A stretch of DNA of 64,000 bases from an uncultured delta proteobacterium (GTDB taxonomy: Bacteria > Desulfobacterota > Binatia > UBA9968). The notes under the pieces are model-generated. The model was not told the DNA's origin, ran no database searches, and worked only from the letters and a program-made list of their open reading frames with translations. The translations under genes were made by a program, and so were the position numbers. This document shows positions 48,471 to 57,429 of the stretch, piece by piece. The stretch lies in assembly GCA_963771465.1 (NCBI GenBank), contig CAVYTU010000017.1, positions 256,001 to 320,000 on the forward strand, read 5' to 3'. Each line of letters starts with the position of its first letter. The stretch's first letter is position 1.

Positions 48471-49450
48471 TTCTGCTGCACATTCGGATTGATCAGTTTC
48501 AACGGCTTGCCGTCGAGATAAGTCAGAATATTCGTCAGTGCCTGTTCGTAGCGCTCGCTTAAGATTTCCACCGTGGCGTAGCCGCGGTGCGACATGAGTA
48601 TGGCGTTGTCGAAACGGCGCAGCGGGTGATCCATCGGCAAAGGTTCGTTGTCATAGACGTCGAGGCCGACGCCGCCGAGCTGGCCGCTTTCGAGCGCTTT
48701 GAGCATCGCTTGCTCGTTGATGATCGGGCCGCGGCCGGTATTAACCAGGCAGGCGCCGCGTTTCATTAACGCTATTTCTTTTTCGCCGACTAAACCGACG
48801 GTTTCGGCATTCAAGTGGACATGGACCGTGACGAAGTCCGATTCTCTGAAAAGCGTTTCCCTCGACACCGATTCGGCGCCGACTTGGGCGGCTCGTTCCG
48901 GCGTCAAGCTGCGCGACCAGCCAAGCACTCTGGTGTTAAAGGCTTTCATGATCCGCGCAACTTCATTGCCGATACGGCCGAGACCGACGATGCCGATGGT
49001 TTTACCTTCGAGCATCATGCCGGTCAGCGGCGGCCAGCTTTCTTCGCGCATGCGTTGATTCACCTGGGGAATCTTGCGCGCTAACGCGAGGATCAAGCCG
49101 ATGGTAAGTTCCTTGGTCGTTGCGCCGGTGTCGCTTGGTGTGCCGGAGATGGCGATGCCGCGGCGGGTAGCGTTTGCTAAATCGAGATGGTGGCTGGTGC
49201 GGCCGGTTTGCGAGATGAATTTGAGTTTCGGTAGTTGGCTATACTCTGTGTCGCTAAAAAATGTTCGCTCGCGCATGAGCAAGAGCGCGTCGAACTCGCG
49301 CAACCTTGAGACAATCTTCTCGCTTGAATCGAGACGCTCGCGCAGGATCGTGATTTCGGCGCGCGCCTTGAGCTTTTCGTATGCCGGTACGGTGTCGGAA
49401 ATCTTTTCGAAGTCGTCGAGGATGGCGACTTTAAAGTTGTTACTTGCCAT
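48467..49450 (-). CDS. D-2-hydroxyacid dehydrogenase family protein
   Basis: MRERT, GIVGLGRIG, VNTGRG, LDVYDNEP, SHRGY. Confidence 0.92.
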   Translation of the reverse strand: MASNNFKVAILDDFEKISDTVPAYEKLKARAEITILRERLDSSEKIVSRLREFDALLLMRERTFFSDTEYSQLPKLKFISQTGRTSHHLDLANATRRGIAISGTPSDTGATTKELTIGLILALARKIPQVNQRMREESWPPLTGMMLEGKTIGIVGLGRIGNEVARIMKAFNTRVLGWSRSLTPERAAQVGAESVSRETLFRESDFVTVHVHLNAETVGLVGEKEIALMKRGACLVNTGRGPIINEQAMLKALESGQLGGVGLDVYDNEPLPMDHPLRRFDNAILMSHRGYATVEILSERYEQALTNILTYLDGKPLKLINPNVQQK

Positions 49451-49515
49451 AACTGCCTTTTAAATAAGCGTGCAGCGATTGACGCGCTTGGCTCGTCCAA
49501 TGTCCATACAATACA

Positions 49516-49603
49516 AATCCCCCTCGATCCCCCTTTTTCAAAGGGGGAAATTCTTGACCACCGCAGTTTCCCCTCTTTGAAAAAGAGGAGCCAGGGGAGA
49601 TTT
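49516..49603. repeat. REP-like palindrome pair (same family as 6421-6572)
   Basis: AAATCCCCCTCGATCCCCCTTTTTCAAAGGGGG ... CCCCTCTTTGAAAAAGAGGAGCCAGGGGAGATTT. Confidence 0.75.
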
Positions 49604-49627
49604 TCTACTTTGGTTTGTCATAATCAA

Positions 49628-50308
49628 TTACGCCGTTGCAGTAACTTCGACTTCGCAGAACTTGCCTGGCGAAGAGTAGCCGTCGACGAAGCAATACTCC
49701 ATTTGCGGCATCTTCGCCGTTACGTGGCGCGCGAAGAGCGCTTTTAAATTATCCACGGTCTGGCTGCGATGCAAGTAAAACGACACCCGCCCGACCTTGT
49801 CCCACGAGCTGCCGGCGTCGGCGAGGGAGTCCGTGATGCGCGGGATGATGTTGTTCAATTGTTCTTCAAGCGTTGGTAACACGGTGGTGACTCCGGATAA
49901 TACCACTATGGAATCGTAAACTAGAAATCGGATCGGCACGATCGGCGGATCGTATTCAACGATTCGCTTGGAGCCGTTCGGGTCGGTCGGGCGCATCGCC
50001 AGCAAATCGACGGCAACCTTGGCGGCGGAGTCGAAATGGCCCGGCGCGATGTAGCTTGAACTTGCCGAGCGCGATTGGCCGGAGAGGGTTTTGACGCGCT
50101 CAGTGCTGCCGAGATCGCGGCTTTCCCGGTCGCGGCCCCAGAGGCGGCTGCGCACGGTGTGAGCCAAGGACAAACCGTGGAACTTCAGTTCTTCGTTGAA
50201 GCGGTTGAAAAGTTCTTGCCCTTCAACCGTTGCGGTCGCCGCTGGCTTGGCTTCGCCACAAAGCTCGATGAACTCCCGACCCAACCATGAGAAGATTTTT
50301 TTACGCAT
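49628..50308 (-). CDS. RidA/YjgF-like protein, apparently two tandem domains
   Basis: C-terminal LADAGSSWDKV...CEVEVTA. The N-terminal half has a similar GLSLAHTVRSRLW segment. Confidence 0.65.
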   Translation of the reverse strand: MRKKIFSWLGREFIELCGEAKPAATATVEGQELFNRFNEELKFHGLSLAHTVRSRLWGRDRESRDLGSTERVKTLSGQSRSASSSYIAPGHFDSAAKVAVDLLAMRPTDPNGSKRIVEYDPPIVPIRFLVYDSIVVLSGVTTVLPTLEEQLNNIIPRITDSLADAGSSWDKVGRVSFYLHRSQTVDNLKALFARHVTAKMPQMEYCFVDGYSSPGKFCEVEVTATA

Positions 50309-50387
50309 GGCGATTACCTCCCGTCATTGCGGCGCTGATACTATCCCAGTGCCTTTATCGGATCAACGGAATCGTCGTCGAGAATGG

Positions 50388-51554
50388 CTATTTGAAAATA
50401 ATTCGAATCACCCGGTCGTCATCGGCGTTCGGCCGACCGCGACCGTCGTGATTGCTGGTGAGCAGATAGAGCGCTTTGTCCGGGCCTTCGACGATGTCTC
50501 TCAAGCGGCCCAATTGACGGTCGAAGTGGCGTTCGAGTTTTGCGACTTTGCGGGGATCGTTGGGATCGAGAATTACCCGGTATAGTGTTTGGCCGCGCAG
50601 TCCGGTGAAGACAAGCGAGCCGATCCATGGACCTTGGCTAACGAAAGCTGCACCGCCGGGTGCCCAGGTTTCGCTGCTGCCGGAGTGAATGACCGGCGGT
50701 ACCAATCCTTCTTTTGTTTCATCACCGCGAATCTCCGGCCAGCCGTAGTTTTTGCCGGGCTCGACGAGATTTACTTCATCGCGGCAACAGCCTTGAAAAC
50801 CACTCGGTCCATGTTCGGTGGCGTATAGTCGTCGCGTGGGAGGCTGCCAGGCGAGCCCTTGGGGATTTCGATGACCGTAGGAATAAACATATGAGTTTGG
50901 AAAAGGATTGTCCGTCGGAATGCCACCGTCGGAGTTGAGGCGCAGAATTTTGCCGTTCAGTGATTTTAAATCCTGGGCGTGTCGCGTTGTCTGCGCGTCG
51001 CCTACCGTCCAGTAAAGCTTGCCGTCCGGTCCGAACTTTACCCGTCCGCCGTCGTGATTGTTGGCGCCGGGAACGTCGTCAATGAGAATTTTATCGGCAA
51101 TTCCAGATCCGCCCTTCGGATCTTCGCGCAAACGCACCAGACGGTTGCGGGTGCCGGATGCGCCGCTGCGGTAGCTATAAGCGGCGTAGAGGAAGCGATT
51201 CAGGGTAAACTGCGGATCGATGGCGAGACCCATGAGCCCGGATTCGCCGCTGGCGGCGACATCGATCTTCATCCAGGGCTCAGACTGAAGTTGGCCGCGC
51301 TCGATGATGCGTATACGTCCCGGCCGCTCGCTGATAAAAATTCTACCGTCCGGCGCGAAGTCGATGGCCCAGGGTGTGTTAAAACCGCGCGCGAACGTTT
51401 CGATGCTAGGTTCCGCGGCGGCGGCGGTAGATGGCTGATGGGGCAATCCAACCGCGCAGGCGGCGGCGATCAGAATAAGTTGTAAGATGCGGCGCGCCGT
51501 TCCAGTCGTTTTCACAGAGTTTGCCGCGCGCAACATCCGGCCGCGTTGCTTCAT
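50388..51554 (-). CDS. PQQ-dependent sugar dehydrogenase (GSDH/YliI family)
   Basis: PWAIDFAPDG, HDGGRVKFGPDG, GHRNPQG, NYGWP, GRLRD. Confidence 0.92.
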   Translation of the reverse strand: MKQRGRMLRAANSVKTTGTARRILQLILIAAACAVGLPHQPSTAAAAEPSIETFARGFNTPWAIDFAPDGRIFISERPGRIRIIERGQLQSEPWMKIDVAASGESGLMGLAIDPQFTLNRFLYAAYSYRSGASGTRNRLVRLREDPKGGSGIADKILIDDVPGANNHDGGRVKFGPDGKLYWTVGDAQTTRHAQDLKSLNGKILRLNSDGGIPTDNPFPNSYVYSYGHRNPQGLAWQPPTRRLYATEHGPSGFQGCCRDEVNLVEPGKNYGWPEIRGDETKEGLVPPVIHSGSSETWAPGGAAFVSQGPWIGSLVFTGLRGQTLYRVILDPNDPRKVAKLERHFDRQLGRLRDIVEGPDKALYLLTSNHDGRGRPNADDDRVIRIIFK

Positions 51555-51560
51555 CGGCTC

Positions 51561-53117
51561 CTAATGGGTTGACGGCACCGGCTCGCAACAAGCGGTTTGA
51601 GCCGATCGTTTCTCAGCGGGCGTGGCGGCCTCCCACACGGTACGAAGATCAGACGAGTAGGGATAGCGAATGCCGTTCTCTTCGAGAATTTTACTGGTAG
51701 CTTCCTTGAGATCGGCGCGGTTGAATACCATAGTCTCGTGGGTGAGTACGCCGGAGGCGGCGAACTTGAAACTGATTTGTTCGTCACGGGTATCGCGCAG
51801 GATCTCGACTAGATGACGGAGATTTTTTAGCGGCACTCCATTAACTTCGCTGAGCACGGCGCGATTGGGATCGTCATAGCCTTTGGTGATGCGGTGGGGA
51901 AACAACGGCGAGGCGACGACAATCAACTCTTCATTCTCGAACGCCGGCTGGTCATAGCGGCGCGTCACCAGCGGGCTTGGCTGGCGGCCAAATGATGTCG
52001 GGCGTTGATTGCCCAGCCGTTCGAGATAATCCTGAGTGGTCTGTGAAAAAACGAAGGGACCAAAGATAAAAAACCTCGGCTGAGCTTCCAGCAAATAAGG
52101 AATCACCAGATCTCGTTTTGTGCGCGCCGGTAAATTGATGTTCGTTAATTTGCCGGCACGGAATACGGTTATGGGCAACAGGCCGTTCTTAGCATGCTTC
52201 TGCACGAGATAGGATGCCGAGAGACGCAGGTCATAACGGATCGCGACTTTGCCATCGCTGTCGATCGGCACTCCGCCGATATGGGTGATGACGTCCCACT
52301 CATTCAATGGATAGTTTGGCTCGTGGCGATAGGGTTGTGCCACCATCACGCCGTTGACCCCTTTCGGTAGTCCGAGGCGCTTGCGCAATGCGTCATTTTC
52401 GACGGTCTGAATCAAGTCGTGAGTTTGCGGCTTACCGTCGTAGACGCCGTCGGCGATGTCATCGAGAAATAATTGGATCTCCTCGACGGGAATCAGATAG
52501 CCGATGTTCTGCGCGTTTTGAATCAAGCTAAAGACGAGGCCAACCAGCTTGCCGTCGGACACCGCCGGCCCGCCGCTATTGCCGAAATTTAGCGCGGCGT
52601 CGACTTGGATGCGCAGACCGGTGGCCTGATAGTAGTAGTCAGTGTACTCGATGCGCGAGATGATGCCCTGAGTTACTGAAAGCTCGGTGCCGCCGGTAGG
52701 ATAGCCGTACACGCTGATGTTGTCTTTGACTCTGGGCAACTCTTGGGCGAAAGGAAGCGTGCCGCGGTTGTCGAAAAAAGATTCGTCATCGAGACGCAGT
52801 ATCGCTAAGTCCATTCCCGGCGTCATGGCTTCGACGCGCGCCGAGATGTAGCTCGCCGACTGATTCGGCTGGACATAGATCTGGCTCGCATACTTGACGA
52901 CGTGGGCGTTAGTCAGAATTCGCTTGCGATCGATGACAACGCCGGAGCCTTTGATTTGCTGGGGGCTATTCTTGGTCCAGGGACGAAGCAGATCGGGCGT
53001 ATGATGAGTCGCGTGGATTTTGACGACGAGGTCGCGGATCTTGTCTTGCGCCTCCGCGCGGCCGGACAGCAGGCCACAGATGAGTACGGTAATAATAGTT
53101 ATAAGGCTTCGGCGCAT
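51561..53117 (-). CDS. Trypsin-like serine protease with PDZ domains (Deg2/Deg9-like HtrA)
   Basis: TNAHVV (His), DLAIL (Asp), GNSGGP (Ser), C-terminal PDZ-like domains. Confidence 0.92.
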   Translation of the reverse strand: MRRSLITIITVLICGLLSGRAEAQDKIRDLVVKIHATHHTPDLLRPWTKNSPQQIKGSGVVIDRKRILTNAHVVKYASQIYVQPNQSASYISARVEAMTPGMDLAILRLDDESFFDNRGTLPFAQELPRVKDNISVYGYPTGGTELSVTQGIISRIEYTDYYYQATGLRIQVDAALNFGNSGGPAVSDGKLVGLVFSLIQNAQNIGYLIPVEEIQLFLDDIADGVYDGKPQTHDLIQTVENDALRKRLGLPKGVNGVMVAQPYRHEPNYPLNEWDVITHIGGVPIDSDGKVAIRYDLRLSASYLVQKHAKNGLLPITVFRAGKLTNINLPARTKRDLVIPYLLEAQPRFFIFGPFVFSQTTQDYLERLGNQRPTSFGRQPSPLVTRRYDQPAFENEELIVVASPLFPHRITKGYDDPNRAVLSEVNGVPLKNLRHLVEILRDTRDEQISFKFAASGVLTHETMVFNRADLKEATSKILEENGIRYPYSSDLRTVWEAATPAEKRSAQTACCEPVPSTH

Positions 53118-53497
53118 TGGAACTCCTTCTATTCTAAATGAATCGCTTTGATGACCACCGACAAGTATATACGAAAATATGGGTTGGAGTTAAGCGCTAA
53201 CTCTATTTCGTTTGCTTGACTGGCGCCGGGGTTTAATCCACCGATGGCGACCTCGCGTCCCCACCTTTGCCTTGTTCGCGATCTACGGTTGGCGCGGATG
53301 GCGCTATTCAACTCCCTCGCCGCGACCAGCGAGTCTTTAACAGGACTCTAGCGGTATCGCTGGAAGTATTGCCATGGACGTCGCCCTTTAGATTTCCTTG
53401 ACAGTTGGACGGCGCCGTCATATCGGTGCGAAGTAACCGTTCGAGTAACCCATTAAGACAAAAAAGGCGGTGCAAAATCTAGTTAGAGGAGGCGAAC

Positions 53498-53806
53498 ATG
53501 TGGTATTTGACATTGCGTCAGCCAACCAAACCAAGGGATCAGTGGACGGTGACACTTGACCAGCATCTAGTGTGGATGAGGCAGCAGCATCAGGATGGGA
53601 AAATACTATTTTCGGGTCCTACCACCGATCGGAAGTACGGCGTCTACGTGATTCGCGCCGGATCTAAAGATGAAGCGGCAAAGATTGCCGCCAGCGATCC
53701 TTACACCGCGGCAGGCTTTTGCTCCTTCGAACTACTCGAATGGGAAGTCCATCAGATCATGGGCTGTGGCCCGTTCACGGCGGCGGAGATGCAGGCGCAT
53801 CGGTGA
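53498..53806 (+). CDS. YciI family protein
   Basis: HLVWM, SGP, DPY motifs. SD GAGGAGG. TTGACA at 53398. Confidence 0.8.
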   Translation: MWYLTLRQPTKPRDQWTVTLDQHLVWMRQQHQDGKILFSGPTTDRKYGVYVIRAGSKDEAAKIAASDPYTAAGFCSFELLEWEVHQIMGCGPFTAAEMQAHR

Positions 53807-53843
53807 GGGATATGGAAAGTTGGAGTAATGGAGTGATGGGTCT

Positions 53844-54970
53844 ATGCGAATTCTGAACTTCGGAAAAGTTTTTGTTGCGCTAGGCTTTCTTATGCAGGTG
53901 ATTGAGACACCGTGTACATGGCCAATCGGACTGGAAGAAACAATGGGAGTCGACGATTGAGGCGGGCAAAAAAGAGGCCGAGGTGGTCATCTACGGACCG
54001 CATAATCCAGCCTACCAGCAAATCTGGTCGATATTTCAGAAAAGTTATGCCAGAGATTAAGTTCAGTTTCGTCCCAGGCAAAGGTTCCGATCACGCGCAG
54101 CGCATCGTCGCCGAACGGCGCGCCGGAAAGTATCTCGCCGATCTCATCATGGGCGGGTCGTCGACGTATGCTGCGTTCGCGCCGGGAACCTTGGAGCCGT
54201 TAAGGCCATTGCTCATGCTCCCGGACGTTACCGACATGGCCAACTGGTTTGACGGCAAGTTTCATTTCGCCGATCCGGAAAACCACGCCGGGCTGATAAT
54301 TTCCGGTGAAATTGGCACGCGGCGGGGTTCCTACAATACCAAGCTGGTCAATCCCAAGGACATTCAATCTTGGTGGGATCTGCTCCAGCCGCGATGGAAA
54401 GGCAAGCTTGCCAGCTTCGATCCGCGCGTTGCCGGTGGCGGTGGTGAAACTTTCATGTTCTTTTATTATACGCCTGCGCTCGGGCAAAAGTTCATTACGC
54501 GTTTGCTCAGTGAAACGGATATGCTCCTGACACGCGATTTGCAGCAGGGCACCGATTGGCTGGCCACGGGCAAAATTCATTTTTACATCGGCAGCGGCCA
54601 GCCGATCATGAAAGCCAACAAGCAAGGGTTGCCGGTCGATCTTTTGCCGCACCCGATGAAAGAAGGGGACATCATGGGCGGCGGCTCTTGCTGCTTAGCG
54701 GTCATGAGCAAATCACCCCATCCCAATGCGACGAAGCTTTTTGTTAACTGGGTACTGTCGCGGGATGGGCAGATGGCATGGCAAAAATACGCCGAAGTGA
54801 ATTCCCTGCGTGTGGATATTCCGAAAACCGATCTGCCGCCGGACGACGTGCCGCAAAAGGGCGTGAACTATTTCATGCTCAACTCGGCAAAGTACAATGG
54901 CCAGGAAGGGCGCAAGGCGCTGCACCAGATTGTCGAAGACGCGCTCAAAAAAGCGGGTAAGGGAAGATAG
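53844..54970 (+). CDS. ABC substrate-binding protein (SBP_bac_6-like), two +1 frameshifts near 53911 and 54049
   Basis: Reconstructed N-terminus MRILNFGK...QSDWKKQWESTIEAGKKEAEVVIYG...FQKSY-PEIKF joins ORF 53912..54970 (AERRAGKY, PHPNATKLFVNW). Confidence 0.8.
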
Positions 54971-54999
54971 TTGGCCGCAAAGACGCCAATGAGGAGACG

Positions 55000-55953
55000 A
55001 TGCCATCGATTGGTTTGATCGGACTCGGCAACGCGGGGCGGCCGATGGCGGAACGGATTCTCGCCGCGGGGTTTTCGTTGACGGTTTATGACATTGATGC
55101 CGCGGCGCTCGAATACGCCGTCGAGCGCGGCGCGGCGCTGGCAAGTAGTGCACGCGAAGCGGTGCGCGACATTACCATCACGCTTTTGCCCTCGTCGGTC
55201 GAAGTGCGCCAAGCGGTGCTCGGCGAAAACGGCGCGCTGAGCGCGCTCGGAGCGGGCAAGGCGCTCATCGATCTCAGCGGCACCGACCCGGATTGCGCTC
55301 GCGAGTTAAGCGAGCGGCTCGGAGAAAAGCAAGCAGTATTTATCGGCGGTACGATCCACGCCAGCGGCGCGCCAGCCGTTGTGATCCCCAACGGGCAATT
55401 TGCCATCGTCATCGGCGGCGAGAAGGCGGCAATCGAGCCAGCGGCGAAGTTTTTGAATAGCTTAGCGCAGACTGTGATCTGCCTGCCCGAGCCGTGGATG
55501 CCCAAGGCATTCAAGATTGCGATCATTTTATACGCGACGACAAACAACATCATCAGCGCCGAAATTTGTTCATGGCTAACGGCCCAGGGCGCTGACCCGA
55601 AATTATTCCTCAAGCTATTACAAACCACCGGCTCGCAAGCTTCGGCGTCGCGCATGGAAGAGTTCATGAAGCGCAACAACAACGACGGCGGCGCGCTCAG
55701 CAACAGCTACAAAGATTTTCGCCAGGCGCTGAACATCGCCGCTAAACTGGAAGTCCCCATGCCGCTGGCGTCCATGGCAAATCAGATTCAAGAGATGGGG
55801 CGAGCGACGGGGTTGAAGCGCTTCAACAGTCCGGCGGCGATGGGCAAGCTCTATGAACTCATTAGCGGCGCAGATCTAAGCGATGCGACCGTGCCGGCCA
55901 ATAAGAAAATTCCAGCAAGCCGCGAGCCGAGAATTATTTTTCTCGACAAGTGA
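55000..55953 (+). CDS. NAD(P)-dependent oxidoreductase, beta-hydroxyacid dehydrogenase family
   Basis: IGLIGLGNAG Rossmann motif, catalytic K in KAFKI, KD...A C-domain. Confidence 0.85.
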   Translation: MPSIGLIGLGNAGRPMAERILAAGFSLTVYDIDAAALEYAVERGAALASSAREAVRDITITLLPSSVEVRQAVLGENGALSALGAGKALIDLSGTDPDCARELSERLGEKQAVFIGGTIHASGAPAVVIPNGQFAIVIGGEKAAIEPAAKFLNSLAQTVICLPEPWMPKAFKIAIILYATTNNIISAEICSWLTAQGADPKLFLKLLQTTGSQASASRMEEFMKRNNNDGGALSNSYKDFRQALNIAAKLEVPMPLASMANQIQEMGRATGLKRFNSPAAMGKLYELISGADLSDATVPANKKIPASREPRIIFLDK

Positions 55954-55981
55954 CGCAATTGTAAATATTTGAAAATAACTC

Positions 55982-56010
55982 TTGACTTGATTATGCGGCG
56001 GCGTTAGGAA
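55982..56010 (+). promoter_or_regulatory. Putative sigma70 promoter for the 56 kb RNA element
   Basis: AT-rich UP-like tract, then TTGACT-N17-TAGGAA (weak -10). Confidence 0.4.
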
Positions 56011-56015
56011 GCAAT

Positions 56016-56428
56016 TAGAGCGAGCGATTAGCGCAATGAGAAGCAGAGCGAGGCTCACGCGAGCTTCAGCTGCTTCATGAAATGGAGGAGTTCATGAACG
56101 AACAAGACACTCCACCGGGCCATTGGCGCCCGCTAGCGGCGGGCGCGGGCAGGTCGATGAGCTTAACAGTTGGATATCGAGCTGCGTGAATCGAGGCCGC
56201 AACTTCGGCACCAGAAGGTGCGAACCCGTAATCGGGTCAATCAGAAGGACGGGCCTCCCTCAAAAAAGCAGTTCCGTCAAATCCATCCAACGTTAGCTCA
56301 ACGCGAAGCAGTGCCAAGCGAAAAGCCAGCTAGCGGGGCGGGCTAAAAAAATTCTAAATCGCTAAGTATCGACGCGATAGCGTCGGCAAACGGGCAACCG
56401 AACTCCAGAGGTTGCCCGTTTTGTTTTT
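56016..56428 (+). ncRNA. Candidate large structured RNA (unknown family)
   Basis: No long ORF. Nested helices 56023-31/56354-63 and 56158-75/56285-300 enclose several tetraloop hairpins. Ends in an intrinsic terminator. Confidence 0.6.
56388..56428 (+). terminator. Rho-independent terminator
   Basis: AAACGGGCAACC-N10-GGTTGCCCGTTT followed by TGTTTTT. Confidence 0.85.
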
Positions 56429-56480
56429 GTGGCAAAACCTCATTCGGAGTATGGTTCACAACATGGGCGCTGGCGGAGAG

Positions 56481-57173
56481 TTAACTCAGAAGCCGGCCGT
56501 AGCCCTTGACCGGAATCTTCATCCCGAGCGTTTTCATCACCCACCCGAGCGATGCAGCGGTGGACGACACTACAGGCCGTCCAGTGTCATCTTCTAATTC
56601 CTGCACGTATGCGACTGTGCGCCAGCGGCCTTGAAGCAGTAGGCTTTCGACTTCTGGATGCGCGCGGCGACTTTGTAAGAAGCGTAATCCGGCAGCTTCA
56701 CCTGGTCGACCGGCTTGGACACGTTCAATCCTGCGATGGCCAAAACCTTGACGCCACCGTCGTCGTAGTATTTTTTGATTGATTGGTTGATGGATTCCTT
56801 ATACGCCGTTGCAATAATAGTCTTGACCTGTAAATGCTTAAGCGCTTCGACCGTCGCGCTCATCGCTGTGCTGACCGGCAGGCCGACTTGTTGTGAAAGC
56901 TTGGCGACGACTTCCTGTTCCGCTGCAAAACCTCGCTGGGTTCCGAGCGTAATTCCGCCCATCAGGATCGCGTCGCACTCCTCGGCCTTGAAAATGCCCA
57001 GACCAGTGCGGAGGGCGGCGATCGCTTTGTTAAATTCCGCTTCAGTGTGCGACTGGACGTTGAGTCCCGACGAGACGATCGTGAAGCCTTTGGGTAGGGT
57101 GAAACCCCCAATCCGATGGGTTTTCAAAAACCGATGGTGATAAATAGCCAATGCGCGCTTTCCAACCAGACAT
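56481..57173 (-). pseudogene. Maleate isomerase/arylmalonate decarboxylase (Asp/Glu racemase fold) homolog with two frameshifts
   Basis: Three frames reconstruct MSGWKARIGYLSPS... / FTLPKGF...PDYASYKVA / HPEVESLLLQGRW...ELEDDTGRPVVSS...GYGRLLS*. SD AGGAG. Confidence 0.75.
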
Positions 57174-57429
57174 GTTGCGGCTCTCCTCGTGATGAATTTT
57201 TATTATCCCCAATGTTGTGGAGATAGAAAGTCTGCTTTTGTCGCGCCGCTAGTGTCAAGGAAGTCGCCAGCATCGCTGGAATAGCAAAACGATGGATTAG
57301 CCGAGTAAAGTAAGGTATTATTTTTGAAATTCTTTTTCCTAACGTCTAATCATTAGGAATAATTCGATTCTACGCTCAATCGCGCGTGTAAGTATAGGAA
57401 AGGATAGGGTTAATTTCTCAGTATATCTT

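Noticed and set aside
56016-56428. RNase P RNA, tmRNA, SRP RNA or 6S RNA identity
   Set aside because: No GAGGAAAGUCC or terminal P4 motif, no tRNA-like ends or tag peptide, no SRP GGAA/AGCAG domain, and the fold is multibranched rather than a single 6S rod. Judged by eye only.
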